Below, piece by piece: positions 1-13,779 of a DNA stretch of 64,000 nt. The notes under the pieces are model-generated. The model was not told where the DNA came from. It saw only the letters and a list, made by a program, of their open reading frames with translations, and ran no database searches. A program made the position numbers and the translations under genes. The stretch is from Pecten maximus. Lineage: Eukaryota. The stretch lies in NCBI RefSeq assembly GCF_902652985.1, contig NC_047015.1:55428001-55492000 (forward strand). The letters are read 5' to 3'. The stretch's first letter is position 1, and the number at the start of each line of letters is the position of its first letter.

Positions 1-900
1 GGGTTATGATGTTGGTTGTGTTGGTGGGTGAAAACAAGACGAGTGATAGATCATGTTGTACTCATCAATGAATGAGATAGCCATCTTTGTTTCTCTTCAT
101 CGAGTATGGCCGACTTAATCAGATCTGTGACCGCCGTTGACGACAAAATGACGTCTTTTGCTTATGATCATCAATAGGTGCAAACGGCTACCTAGCCCTG
201 TGATTAGAACACGTAATTAAATCGTTATCTGTTTGTCTTCGTCAAATAGAGACTCCATCGGTTTTTTACTGGTTATTAATAACATAACGTCGTGTGGCTA
301 ACATGCGGCTAACGACTCGTAGCGGGAGATGTTCCCGGAGATGAAATGATGCCGTACAGTTGCAGGCAGTATCCTAAGGGAAGAGGTCTTCCGTTGGGAA
401 CACAATGAAATATTACTTCCACAGAAAAAATGATTGATTTGGTTTGTGAACCAGTAGATCAAACCATTGTCGTGTTGTATATGAGATTACTGAACAGAAT
501 TTGTTTTCTATAAGCGATTTGAAGTCATAGATCAAAATTGTTTCTTTCACATTACAAAAACTTTTGAAATGTTAAAGCCTTTTCCACTGATCAGGATTCA
601 GATGTAAAGTGAAATAGGGTGGAAAACGTTCACTCAGTATTGGTTTAGATATTTTATAGAGTGAGATTCATAAAACTGGAATCAAAGACTAAATTGTTAA
701 CTTTCATCCAAGAGCTTTTCGCCTTTTACTTTTGGTAATTTTTTTGTTGTTTATTGCACGTTATGTTACAATATGATGGGTCTTTTAACTTGATTTCTCT
801 TTCCTTTGCCTTTGCTTTAAAGTCATAAGATACCTTTCAAATATTTCACATAACAATATCCCAGAATGATTTATCTAAAAAACTATATATTTATCTAAAA

Positions 901-1076
901 AGAATTATGATCCATGTGTGATATATGCTGTAGTTTTATAAACATTTCTGTACAGGAAGTTAATAGCTTTTGGTAAAAAGAATTCGTAGAAAGAATTATG
1001 ATCCATGTGTGATATATGCCGTAGTTTTATAAACATTTCTGTACAGGAAGTTAATAGCTTTTGGTAAAAAGAATTT
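901..1076. repeat. Local tandem duplication, ~91-bp period, 2 copies
   Basis: AGAATTATGATCCATGTGTGATATATGC...GGTAAAAAGAATT at 901 and 992. Confidence 0.9.
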
Positions 1077-1304
1077 GTGGAAAATTCTGTTGATTCCACT
1101 GTGGAGAAAAAATACTAATTTTGTGTTTTTCAAACACAATTGGAGACCTGCCAAAATATTACCTCTACAACAAACTCTAACTTTATGTATATATATATAG
1201 AGTATCTATTTCTTGTTTAGGGTAGGGTCCAAATGTGTAATAGTCTAAGTATATTTATGTTAACTTCTTCTGAGGGCTGATTAACTTGCCTCACCCTCCC
1301 TTTA

Positions 1305-2365
1305 TCACAGTTTTTTCTTCTACCCTGTCCCCTTCCCCTCCCTCTTGTATCCCTCCCTCTCCCTCCTGTTTCCATCCCTCCCTCCTGTCCCCTCCCCTCC
1401 CCTTCCTCTTGTCCCCTCCCCTCCCCCTCCCTCTTGTCCCTCTCCCCCTCCCTCTTGTCCCATCCTCCCTCCTGTCCCCCTCCCCTCCCCTCCCTCTTGT
1501 ATTCCTCCCTCTCCCTCCTGTCCCCTTCCCCTCCCTCTTTTTCCCTCCCCCCCCCCCTTTTTCCCTCCCTCATGTCCCCATCTCCTCCCCTTCCTTCCGT
1601 CTCCATCCCTCCCTCCTGTCCCCATCCCTTTCCCCTCCCTCATACCATATCCCCTCCTCTCCCTCTTCCCTCTCCCCTCCTATTCCCCTCTCCCATCCCC
1701 CTTTCCTCTCCCTCCCTGTCACCCTCTCCTTCCCTTCATTCCCTCCTCTCCTCCCTGCCCCATCTCCTTCCCTTCCCCTCCATCCCGTCCCCTCCCATCC
1801 CTCCTCCCCTCCTGTCTCTCCATCCCTCCCTGTCCCTCCCCTCCTATTCCCGTCCCATCCCCTCCTTCCTCCTCCCCATCTCCATTCCCTTCTTCCCCTC
1901 CCTATCCATCCCCATCCCTTCCCTCGTCACCTCTCCTCCTCCCCTCCCTGTCCCACCCCTCCTCCCTCTCTGTCCACCTCCCTCCTATTCCCTCCCTCCC
2001 CCTCCTCCCCTCCCCTTCCGCCACCCTCTCCTATTCCCTCTCATTTCCCCTCACCTCCTATTCCCTCTCATTTCCCCTCACCTCCTATTCCCTCTCCCAT
2101 ACCCTTCCTCTCCCTCCCTGCCACCCTCTCCTATTCCCTCTCATTTCCCCGTACCTCCTATTCCCTCTCCCATCCCCTTCCTCTCCCTCCCTGCCACCCT
2201 CTCCTATTCCCTTCTTTTCCCCTCACCTCCTATTCCCTCTCATTTCCCCTCACCTCCTATTCCCTCTCCCATCCCCTTCCTCTCCCTCCCTGCCACCCTC
2301 TCCTATTCCCTCTCATTTCCCCTCACCTCCTTCCTATCCCATTCCCTTCCCTTCCATCCCTCTCC
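1305..2365. repeat. ~1.06-kb polypyrimidine (C/T) low-complexity tract with internal sub-repeats
   Basis: Almost only C and T on + strand; recurring CTATTCCCTCTCATTTCCCCTCACCTC in the 3' third; yields spurious Pro/Ser-rich ORFs in all three + frames. Confidence 0.95.
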
Positions 2366-4302
2366 AGTAAAAATGCACTTTAACAGTGTACTTTTAAGAT
2401 CACCCATCTCTCTCTATATATATGTGTGCTTGGTTGTATCCTTAGCTGTATAGTAATACTCTGTATATCAGTAGGTATACCAGCCTCCCCAGGTTAACGA
2501 GCCGTCCCTAATCTACAGGTATAACATTGCGCTCACCTGATAGGTGTGAAATCTAGGGGAATGCTCCACCTTTTGTCTACCTAATTGTATTTTCTGCCAG
2601 TCGACTGACTGTATTGTTAGGGCGGCCATCTTAGACGGCTATTATCGTCAGAGCGGTCACCATAGATGCTTGTATCTGTGAAAGGGAATCTCATTTCAGC
2701 GAGAGATATAAGAAACTGGCGGCTGTGCAGAAGAACAATTAGATTTATGAAAAACGATATCTCTCACAAATAAAATTCCATTCATGCAGGGATTATTATT
2801 TATCAGATATGGGTACGCTTTGTGAGCTCGGACAATAGACGGCCAAATGACTGTTTTGTTGGTGTCGGTTAATTCCGGTATCGGATGTTTGTCAGTTATG
2901 ACCCCTTCGGATAAAATACAGTCCAACGGTCTCTGTTTTGCTTAGAGTTGATCGTACTATAGCCAGAATATCATATAGTGGCGTCAGAAAAATTTGGCAA
3001 TCAGTTTTCTTTTGTTTGCCCCATGTAATCGTACATGCACATTTCATTCAACTTATGGCGTCATTCAACACTTTGCTTTTAGATGCTTAGTCATGCACAA
3101 GCCGTACCAAAAATATAATCTGGGTAAATCTCGGTATTAATAGCCAAATTGACTGCTGATTTATAATGTAAGCTAGAACCACAGAAGCAAGTCATTCAAC
3201 GTGGAACATAATGTGTTATTAATGATTCTTAATTTCTATTTCATTTTGAATAAGAAAACGCAAATGGGTCATTAATTTAGATTTATTGCCAACTCATATT
3301 TTTTGTCTTGAAAGTCGTTAAAAAAACATAATTGTGCGAAATTGAAAGGTGAGAATATTGGAAAGATAAAGACAAAGTAAATTCAATAGGAAGAGTACGG
3401 AGGTAAAAAAGGGAAAATTCGTATTAAAGGTAAACATTGCATGATTCTCGCGTTGAGTCAAGATAAATGTCCTTGGAAGCGCGGTTATAACTGAATGGTG
3501 TCTGTTAAATTGTTGTTTAATTGTTGGTAAGTGTTGAAGTATAAACAGATGTTAAATTGTTGTTTAATTGTTGGTAAGTGTTGAAGTATAAACAGATGAC
3601 GGATGTTTTCTGGGCGTTTATATTGTCACAGGTAGTTGTACCGCAGGCCAATTATACCCTTTCCCTTCAGACAGCTGAATATTCTGACACTGCTGATCCT
3701 GTCCCATCCATCCTCATTCACTTCACTTTTCTAGTATGCACTGTTTTAACCTGGATCTCCAGAGGAATTTCATTTACATTTATCATGATGAAATAGAGTT
3801 GAAAATTTGTCTTCTTTTTTTTAACGCCGATAATTTAACAGCTGAGATAGTAATGAGTCTTTAAGTACACGATGCTTCTTGTATACCAAATTTTGGGAAC
3901 AATTTTGCATTGAAATGACAATTGTGTTGTTTTTCGAACAAAGAATTCCGGCATACAATGTTAAGTTTACTGAGACACATCAACTTCCAGCTTTATATAT
4001 ATACATATATATATATCTTTAATGAGAATGCTTGCTCGGAATTACTTTTCAGGTCAAAAGGTCAAAGAGCATGGTCACTATTGATGTAATGAGGGAAGAA
4101 TTGTGAATTTTTCAAAAGTCTCCATCAAATTAAGTATCTACATGTAAGGGGGAAAACTGAAGGTTTATAAAAAAAAAGTCTTAATTAACACAGTTTGTGA
4201 AAGAAAGAAGAAAAAAAACAGATGAAAAATGAAAACGAATAACTAATTGAATGACATTATAATTGAATTCAGAATTGTTCCTTTGGACACATATGGTGTT
4301 GT

Positions 4303-4450
4303 AATCCGATTTTTGATCGTGGCGACCATTACAATGATATTATTAGGTTCTACTGTACAAATTCTCCTTCCCGTCTCGAATTTTTGACCATCGTGGCGAC
4401 CATTACAATGATATTATTAGGTTCTACTGTACAATTTCTCCTTCCATCTC
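4303..4450. repeat. Local tandem duplication, ~75-bp period, 2 copies
   Basis: ATCGTGGCGACCATTACAATGATATTATTAGGTTCTACTGTACAA present twice. Confidence 0.85.
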
Positions 4451-4892
4451 CAGCTGGTTACCCTTATTTGACTCCTCACAGCCAGACAACATGCTGGGGA
4501 GCTTATAGCTTTGGCCTTTATACAAATCCATGGTGACCTCATAAAACAGACCCAATGGTGGCCTTAGAAACTGACTTTGTGATGGTCACTAGGGTCAGGG
4601 TAGGCCCACATCTGTCTTATTGTTTGTGGGTATAGATCTAACACTCCACCTGGATAGCACTGTTTTAAGATTGTCAGTGATAATTGGACATAGCAAATAA
4701 TCAGGTCTAAGGAGAAAAAGATCCTGATTAGCTACCAGCTGTCATCTGTTATTAGGTATCAAAGAATTGAAGATTTGTGGGCCATCTATCATCTAAGTAC
4801 TTACCTATTCTTGTCTTTTCGATATACTTCCAAGTTTGAGATGGTTAAGATGATGCTATAATGCTTCAGATTTAATTGTAACCATCTAGATA

Positions 4893-5045
4893 CAGTCAAA
4901 CTTCATTATCTCGAAGACACGGCTTACCCCAAGAAAAGATTCCATCCAGTAGTAATAAATATTTATAAAATATACTCCGAAAACTCAAATATTTAAAAAA
5001 AAATAATTCATAACCCAGCTGACTTTGAGATAATGAGGTTGACTG
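4893..5045. mobile_element. MITE of Tc1-mariner/pogo type with TA target-site duplication
   Basis: TA-CAGTCAAACTTCATTATCTCGAA ... TTTGAGATAATGAGGTTGACTG-TA: imperfect ~23-bp inverted termini beginning CAGT, flanked by TA on both sides. Confidence 0.8.
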
Positions 5046-5194
5046 TAGTAGGATCTCTGCATTAAGTTACTTTTATTTTGTTATCTGAAGTGCTGATTGT
5101 ATAGAAATTATGTATGTAGCGTGTCATATGTAGATATGAGAGTTTGTTTATGATGATGTGAGAGAGATGGAGACAATTAATGCTGATCATGGCC

Positions 5195-5390
5195 TTATTT
5201 GGTTTGCATACCTTATTTGGTGTGTCATCCCATATTTGGTATGTCATCCCATATTTGGCATGTCATTCCATATTTGGTTTATTGATCCATATCCATATTT
5301 GGTGTGTCATCCCATATTTGGTTTATTGATCTTTATCCATATTTGGTGTGTCATTCCATATTTGGTGTGTCATTCCATATTTGGTGTGTG
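5195..5390. repeat. Minisatellite, ~19-bp core CCATATTTGGTGTGTCATC
   Basis: Visible degenerate tandem copies. Confidence 0.85.
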
Positions 5391-8300
5391 AATCTGTACC
5401 ATCAACTACCTAATAAAAAATTCTCATTCTTGAAGTTGAATAAGGATAAATTTTTTATTCTTCTAGAGAGAAAAAAAAGAGTAACATGTTATAAGTGAAG
5501 ATGATTTGGCCTGCCTAACTTTTCGTCTCCATGGTGTGATTCTTGGCGTAACTGTTTCTCGCCAAAAACATCACTTCGTACCGTTGGTGTCTTCCCCTTG
5601 TAACAAATCGCCTCATTGATCGGATCGTTTCCTCGGGAGTTGTATTGATTGAGGAATGCCACTTAGTGGTTAGATCCTCACTTCTGATTGATTCCCAAGT
5701 AAATAACTTGATGTTTGAATTGATGAAGCATCGCATTCTCTCCTCCGTAGACCCTCAGAATGGGATCACAAGTCGGGACAAATCGCTTTGTCAGGTCATA
5801 GGCCAAGGATTCAAATATTTCCAACTGTGTTGCATTCACCAACAACTGTTAGATTGCGATGAAATTTGAATATGCTGTTTTTTTCTGTGGATGATTCACC
5901 CGAAAATAAATGGCTTTTAGTCCAGGAAAATCCATTTCATTTCACGAAATTATCAGAAGGTTATTGGCAAGGTAGTAAAAAATAATTGACTACCAAAATG
6001 GTTTTAATAAAAATTGCATTTATTGATAATATGTAGATTTTTTTTTCAGTATCATTTTGAAAAATAATGAAACAGAAACATGAGAGAATACTGACATTAA
6101 AACAAAATTAAACTTCTGTGTCAGAATTGATCTTAAAAGGGTAAATAAGAAAAGAAGAAGAAAAAAAAAAACCAACAAAAAAACAATAAAAGATTTAAAT
6201 ACAGACCCAGGACCTGAATTCATGAAACTGTACTCAGGCTCCAGCACACATTTTGTGCTCAGACTCAAACTCAATACTTTAGGAGGTAAATCCGATACCC
6301 GGGTACAGGTGTTCCGGAAGGGTAACCATTCTGTAATTCATTTGGGACCTCACCATGCTAATCTTAAGTCAAATCTGGGTAAGGTTAATATCAAAATATG
6401 TGAAAATAAGTCAGTTTGATTTCCAGACTCGAGGTGAATAGGGAAACTGTTGTTGGTGAGTTGGCATGACTCCTTTACTAGTGCAGTAGGAGCTAAAATA
6501 TATCTTAAGAGCTTATCCTTAAGACCAATAACCCATTAATATCCGTTTGCAGTATTGGAAATTCATATACTGTTGATGCCGACGATGAAGACATTTGGCT
6601 AGGTTCCTTTCACAGTGGGAAATTTATTCAAAGTTTTTTCACCCTAAGACCAAAATTGTATATTGGTATCACCACAAAAAGTTGCATGCTATTTTGTTAA
6701 ATAAAAATTTTGGAGTATTTGCCAAAATGAAAAAAAAAATCTTGCCGGTTTTTATGTACGACTGGCTTTATTTTGCACTTGCTTTCCTCTAAGGCAAACA
6801 GGGAAACGGCAGTGAATGGAACCTCAAACTAGAGGGTAGGAGCCATCGAGATGTCCCAGACTTAATCGTCCTAAATCCAGCGATGACTATCTTGTTCACT
6901 TCCATGGCCAATTAACTTGTACACTTGCTGTTTAAAAAGTTTTCAGTCAAACTTAATTTTTTGGAGCTAAATCATATAGATCCTATTTCATCTTGCAATT
7001 TTGGTTCCCTTTTAACCTGGCTCCAACTGTTTTGATGTCCGACTAACTTGCAAACAGCCGTAATTATTGCGGGTCTAGCTGGTAGGCCTGTTTTAATGTC
7101 CAGGTACAACTAGAGTGCAGGACAATTTCTTCACAAAAAAAGTCATATACATAGTTTCACAGTGTGTTGTGATTGTCAATAGATTTCAGTGTGTTTTTGT
7201 ACGATTTTAAATTATATAGGAAGACGTTATGTCTGCATGCGATAGAGTACATATGCTTTTGTAACAATACAATGCCTATACGTCGAAGATAATGACCACA
7301 AAAATGCCTCGCTGTCTGCCTTACGGGACTTAATCGCCCGCACCCGGTCCTCGTACCATCTCATAAACACTTTATTGGTTTTGATAAATATTTCTTGTGC
7401 TGGGTATCAATTTAATGAAGAAATAAAGAGATTTTTATGGTCTGCTGGTTTTGATAAAAAAAAATTTGAAGAAAAATTGTATCGAGGATTAATGCATTGA
7501 AATAAATGGATTTAATCTTCAAATTTGTGTCTCCAGATACAGGTTTATACAGACAAAAGATATGAAATTCAACAATAAATTGAATCCTCTATTTTTGTTG
7601 CCAAATGAAAGATGAAGCATTTGTTATCCACTAGTATAGCCTTTAAATGGTTTCCTTACACTGTATATTCAGATTTTCCAAACATTATTTTTTTGAAATT
7701 TTAAGAAATAAACCATAAAGTAGTCTGCCTGTCATTGGATAGGCTTGTAGTTGAAAATATCGAAGTTGAAACCTTTGGCTTTTATGTTTGTTAAGCTGAC
7801 AAGGCTTAGAAATAACAGAATCTTGTGATTTAACTTGAGAATTGTATTGAATATATTTAACCCTCATTAACAGTATATAGCAGTATATACCAGTACAGTA
7901 TATAATAGTGTATAACAGTATACAGTATATATGCTGTTTGACCAAGAGAAGGTCTAAATTTAGCCTCAAATTATTGGGTAAGAAGCCCCCATAATCACTT
8001 ATAATGATAATTACGAGAGGAAAATCTCTGGAGAAAAACAGACCTTACTTAATATTATTTTTATTTGGTTCATCAACTTTCTGATTATTAGACGGGGAAA
8101 TGATACAGAAACAAAAAGGCTAAAAAGAGTTTTGGGGACTTTGAGCGTTGGTGTGGAGACATACGATCTCATTTCATGGCATTTCTCTGCTGCTCAAGTT
8201 ACCAAAGAATCAAAGAACTTGTCTCCTTTGATGGGCTTTAGAGCTTAACACAACATTCTGTTTCTCTAAAGAGATTGAATCTTCTTCTCATAATGAAGTC

Positions 8301-8444
8301 TTTGATAATGTAGCGAGTGATTCATGTGTTTTTGTGTTCTTTAATAATATTTAGGTGGCAAAAATCAATGTTGAGTTACTATATAGGCTAAAAGCTGTGT
8401 TCATATGCTTTTGAGTCGCTGGTCGGTGTAATTGTTTCCAGTTA

Positions 8445-9548
8445 AAGGTTAGTTGGTGAATTTTGTAATTTCCTTGAAGTTACTAGTTGGTGAATTTTGT
8501 AATTCCCCGAAGTTACTAGTTGGTGAATTCCGTAATTCCCTTGAAGTTACTAGTTGGTGTTAAAGTGTAATTTCCTTGAAGTTACTAGTTGGTGTTTAAG
8601 TTTTCAATCTGTCACTATAGTTGGTATAATCGTTCTCTTTTAGTTTCTTTTTGTTGTAAAAGTTTTAGTTATTAACCTCGCTTGTAAGAAAATAATTTTC
8701 TTTCAGCCTTTTTGGTATGAGAGCTATTAGGTAGTCATTAGTTTTGGTTGAAAGATTTTTACTTTGCTATGAATTGGTGAAATAAATCCTTAGTTAGTGT
8801 AAAGCTATTCTCAATAAGTCCCTAGTTGGTGTGAAGTTATTCTCAATAAGTCCCTAGTTGGTGTGAAGTTATTTTCAATAAGTCCCTAGTTGGTGAAGTT
8901 ATTCTCAATAAGTCCCTAGTTGGTGAAGTTATTCTCAATAAGTCCCTAGTTGGTTAAGTTATTCTCAATAAGTCCCTAGTTGGTGAAGTTATTCTCAATA
9001 AGTCCCTAGTTGGTGAAGTTATTCTCAATAAGTCCCTAGTTGGTGAAGTTATTCTCAATAAGTCCCTAATTGGTGTGAAGTTATTCTCAAGAAGTCCCTA
9101 ATTGGTGTGAAGTTATTCTCAATAAGTCCCTAGTTGGTGTGAAGTTATTCTCAATAAGTCCCTAGTTGGTGTGAAGTTATTCTCAATAAGTCCCTAGTTG
9201 GTGTGAAGTTATTCTCAATAAGTCCCTAGTTGGTGTGAAGTTATTCTCAATAAGTCCCTAGTTGGTGTGAAGTTATTCTCAATAAGTCCCTAGTTGGTGT
9301 GAGGTTATTCTCAATAAGTCCCTAGTTGGTTAAGTTATTCTCAATAAGTCCCTAGTTGGTGTGAAGTTATTCTCAATAAGTCCCTAGTTGGTTAAGTTAT
9401 TCTCAATAAGTCCCTAGTTGGTGTGAAGTTATTCTCAATAAGTCCCTAATTGATGTGAAGTTATTCTCAATAAGTCCCTAGTTGGTGAAGTTATTCTCAA
9501 TAAGTCCCTAGTTGGTTTGAAGTTCATAGTTACGAGTTGGTGAAGTTC
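8445..9548. repeat. Minisatellite, 30/32-bp unit GAAGTTATTCTCAATAAGTCCCTAGTTGGT(GT); homogeneous core ~8800-9520 with degenerate flanks
   Basis: More than 20 near-identical tandem copies; related diverged units at 8445-8600. Confidence 0.95.
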
Positions 9549-10744
9549 ACACTTTCTGCTTATAATACTTCTACCAAATTTTTACCTGTTTAAGACCACA
9601 ACACATTATCATAGTCGTTAGTCGGTGAGAATGATTCTCTGAGGACTGTTTCCATTGCATGAATGAAACAGCTCCGTTATCATTAAAACTGGAGTTAGAT
9701 TACAAATAATGGCCGCTGATATCAATTCACAACTTTGATAATCATATTGATGTCGTTTAGACCTTGAGAACTTTCCTTCAGTCTCTCCCCGTCAATCATT
9801 AGCGTAGCCTATCTTCTGATCGTTTCAGAGTTGACAAATTCACCGTATAAGCTCGTTTTAATACGCCCAGTACTGGTACTGTTCCATGGTCGTGTTTAAC
9901 ACTCCCTACCTTTGAAATTCAATATCCAAATTTTTTAACTCAGTGCAACAATGCCTATTTAAAATATATAATTCAGTACAGTATCTTTAAAATCATTTAT
10001 TTCCATTCTGTGAAAAAAAGTAAGGGTAAGTATCTGAATTTAAAAACATTTTAACTAGCTCACCAGTTGATGGGAAAATAAAGAGATTTAATAATCGTTA
10101 TTCGAAGTAAAACGTAACATTACTTGGAGAAAATTAACCAGATTACGGAAATAACATCATGGTTTTTATATCTTCGTTAAACATATCGTGTAGAATTTGT
10201 TTCACTTACGCTAATGAATATTGATCTAATTCCTCAATATGCTTTCATGCTTTTAATAGGGTTAATGGAAAAAGGATTATACTGAAACATCTTGCTGATA
10301 TTTAGTGAAATGGTTTTAGCATGATGTCGGTAACATCAACAGAATGGAAATCTTACAATCGGTATAAGATACAATAAAATCTGGAAGAATCCGTGAAGAG
10401 TTAGGTTATATTGATTTTATGCCCTAGTTTTGTGAAAGGTTTCAGATTTATTTCGGTGATACTAACGAAAATTAAGGTCCAGGTTCTTTACAAACTTAAG
10501 GAAATGCTAATCAGACACTATTGTGACTGTGATTTCTATGATTGCCTAGAAGATTTTACTGTGAGATAGTTTGTTCCAACTTAGCTGTAGTTTGGAGTCC
10601 TACTGCTGTCATAGCTTCAATTTTATTTCTCAGAGTGTTGACAGAGGAAAACTAGGTCTTGAAATGATTAAACATAGACATAATTTCTTGAGATGGCCCT
10701 TTGTGAGATCATTCTAGTATTGACCTGATTTGACTGTTTATTCT

Positions 10745-11200
10745 TCTGATGATGGTGGTGGGCTATTCAAATGGCCCTGCATATCATTGGTCCTTGGTCC
10801 TTGGTCCGTCCTTGGTCCTTGGTCCGTCATTGGTCTGTCCATGGTCCGTCCATTTATAAACAACACTTTTTTTGAAGAGTGCTGGAGGATTTTTCCTCAA
10901 ACTTTAGGTATAGGTTCCCCTTGGTACCTATTTGTGCTAATTCAATTTTGATTTTTGATCAGAAAAAACAAAATGGCCTATAGGCGACCTTTCCTGGATT
11001 TTGAGAATTGAAAATTTATTTTGCCGTTTCTTGAAAAGAACTAGAGGAATATTTCTTACACTTCACACGTAGGTTCAATTTGTTCTTGTTATCAGATTAT
11101 ATAGAGGAAACGAACAAAGAAGGGAAAAATCGAAGATCACAGTCTGATATTGATCCAATTAAGATCATTCATTCAATGGTGGGCACCAAGATCACCCAGA
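10745..11200 (+). mobile_element. Degraded non-autonomous Helentron-like (HINE) element
   Basis: GATGGTGGTGGGCTATTCAAAT near the 5' end, GTCC-type microsatellite, AAAATGGC core motif, and GGTGGGCACCAAGATC near the 3' end; layout typical of bivalve HINEs. Confidence 0.55.
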
Positions 11201-11202
11201 TT

Positions 11203-11629
11203 TGACCTAGATGTGTATGGCTGGTGTCGTCGTGACCTAGACTTGTATGGCTGGTGTCGTCGTGACCTAGACTTGTATGGCTGGTGTCGTCGTGACCTAG
11301 ATTTGTATGGCTGGTGTCGTCGTGACCTAGACTTGTATGGCTGGTGTCGTCGTGACCTAGACTTGTATGGCTGGTGTCGTCGTGATCTAGATTTGTATGG
11401 CTGGTGTCGTCGTGATCTAGATTTGTATGGCTGGTGTCGTCGTGACCTAGACTTGTATGGCTGGTGTCGTCGTGACCTAGACTTGTATGGCTGGTGTCGT
11501 CGTGACCTAGACTTGTATGGCTGGTGTCGTCGTGATCTAGATTTGTATGGCTGGTGTCGTCGTGACCTAGACTTGTATGGCTGGTGTCGTCGTGACCTAG
11601 ACTTGTATGGCTGGTGTCGTCGTGATCTA
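11203..11629. repeat. Minisatellite, 30-bp unit TGACCTAGACTTGTATGGCTGGTGTCGTCG, ~14 copies
   Basis: Near-perfect tandem array; explains the DLDLYGWCRR ORF. Confidence 0.97.
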
Positions 11630-12129
11630 TCTGAGGACGCTTACTCTTCTGACCTGGTATTATTTTTCTTCTACATTTTCAAAGGAATCCATGTTAATAT
11701 TCATACTTGCCCATATTTTATCAATTTTAAGTAAGAAATCATCAATCATTCATTTTAATACAGGTATATTTCTCTGGTGTTTTCTAAAAGCGGACGTATC
11801 AGGTTAAAGATTATTTTTCATTCCATCAGCTGTTTATAAAATTCCAACTGGTACAACCAGAACTATAGATTCACATATTAATTAAATTTGTCAGTGTGCC
11901 ATTTCTCACTAGTGTATCAGTATGCTCAGCCATTGCCAAATTTTGTGGGTGAATATCTCTCGGGGAAGGCAGAGTACCATGTTGTGAAATTGGGCCTCGT
12001 GTCTGTCTCTGAGTGAGTAATATTTTTTGCTTGCTTATTTTGACACTTGTTTGTGGTTCCGATCAAGGTTCAGGTATGTTTGACAAATTAAAATTAGTGT
12101 TTTTGAAATCGCTGTTTGAACGATGATGC

Positions 12130-12494
12130 TGGTTTAGTATGAGGTTTATTGCCCCGTGAACAGCCAGGGTCATTTTGAGGGCGGGTCTTTTTGTAGTAGT
12201 TGGTAACCCATGAACTGCCAGAGTCATTTTGAGGGCTGGTCTCCTTGTAGTAGTTGGTGACCCATGAACTGCCAGGGTCATTTTGAGGGCTGGTCTCCTT
12301 GTAGTAGTTGGTGACCATCTCACTGAAAAACATACAGAAAGCCCATGACATGCCAATCAGAGCAATTAGGGTAAAGTGTCCCACAGACACAACCACGACA
12401 GCACAGATTGGCCCGTTTCTCAGCTTCTCAAGCGTCGGGTAGAGAGCTCGGATCTTCACCTGTGATAACGTGACTGGTGCTTAACCAACTGAGA
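12130..12494 (-). mobile_element. tRNA-derived SINE (same family as 57602-57897) with a triplicated 54-bp 3' module
   Basis: Minus strand begins CTCAGTTGGTTAAGCACC (A-box-like), contains ACACTTTACCCTAATTGCTCTG and CCAACTACTAC...AAAATGACCCTGGCTGTTCA, all shared with the copy at 57602. Confidence 0.8.
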
Positions 12495-13084
12495 TGAACA
12501 ATAAAATAACGATTGATTATGGAGTCAGGATTTCTGTGTGTCTGACATGCAATATTTAGGTGGAATTTCTGTAGGGACCAAACAAGTGCAGAAAGCTCCA
12601 TTAATTCTGGCAATGATTGAAGATTACGAGCTGTATACTTTACATAGGATATCCTGTACGATCAGTCAACCATCCTCACAGGACGATAAATATTCGTAAA
12701 AATCATGTATAATGAGGAGAATTTATTAATAATTGAATTGCAGGTTACTTTGTCATGTCATTCATTATGAGAATTAAATTTTTTGTACGTTATTTTTGTA
12801 ACAGTTAATGTTGATTAAGATGTAGCCGAGCGTACATCACTCCTGTTTCTATAAATAGAAATCGTAGATGCAGCAGTATTGCAGTAAGTTTTGTAGGCTG
12901 TGTGATATATATGTCTGATGACTTTTATAGGTAAAATCTGTCAGTTGGTGGTCATGCAGGACATTGTATTGTCTTCAGTAAGTTTTAGACTAGATATCAT
13001 TTTGCTATGTGTACTCGCTGTTCAAATTGAAAATCTCTTACATGCACATTACTGTACAGTTGACGAAGAAATCTGATATAAATT

Positions 13085-13510
13085 TGTGTCAGTCAACCTG
13101 TTTCTATAGAACTGTGAAAGCTCTTTGGAATGGTCAACCAGGGCAATTCCTGGGACTGAATTATGTTTCAGGGTTCAAAGATCATGGTCATCATTACTAT
13201 TTATAGAAAATCATTCTCTTGTAAACTGTGATTTAAAAAAGCTCTTTGGAATGGTCAACCAGGACAATTCCTGGGATTTGCTTATTTTCAGAGTTCAAAG
13301 GTCAAGGTCATCACTACTATTTATAGAAAATCACCAACTAATTTTTTGAGCATCTTCCTGTCTTAAGAGATTTACATCGAGCTTTATCACAATGAAGTTT
13401 GTGTTTTAGGGTCCCGAGGTGAAGGTCAACATACTTAAAATAGAAATTTGTAAAACAATAATATCAATTTGTATGGGGGTTGGGACATTCATATCTTAAA
13501 GACATTTGCT
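13085..13510 (+). mobile_element. Degraded HINE-like internal repeats (2-3 diverged ~120-bp units)
   Basis: AAGCTCTTTGGAATGGTCAACCAGG at ~13118 and ~13239; AAGGTCAAGGTCA motif shared with the 145-bp satellite type. Confidence 0.45.
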
Positions 13511-13779
13511 AGGATGTTTTATGTATTTCGATCCAAAATTAACTCTTGAAATTCTTCAGATATTTGAAGAATGAATAAAAGTTAATAGCACATATTTCCA
13601 ACTATCAGAAGTGATTATATCCTAGAGTTTCAGGAAAAATTAGCAGGATATTTGATCAGAATGATTAACAATTTTCAAAAGAAATCACTCCAAAAATCTC
13701 ATGAATATTGTAAATATTGGAAAGAAAACAAAAGTTAAAGAAAAAGAAAACATCATACAGAAGGTTATTGTCTTTTTAT

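Noticed and set aside
1217-2453. Long Pro/Ser-rich and Gly/Glu/Arg-rich ORFs (extensin-like)
   Set aside because: Open in all three + frames because the C/T tract lacks stop codons; low-complexity artefact.
8800-9520. CRISPR-like look of the ~30-37-bp repeat arrays (here and elsewhere)
   Set aside because: Units are head-to-tail with no unique spacers, there are no cas genes, and the context is eukaryotic.
11150-11734. 194-aa ORF with DLDLYGWCRR repeats
   Set aside because: Translation of a 30-bp minisatellite; no unique coding context or splice support.
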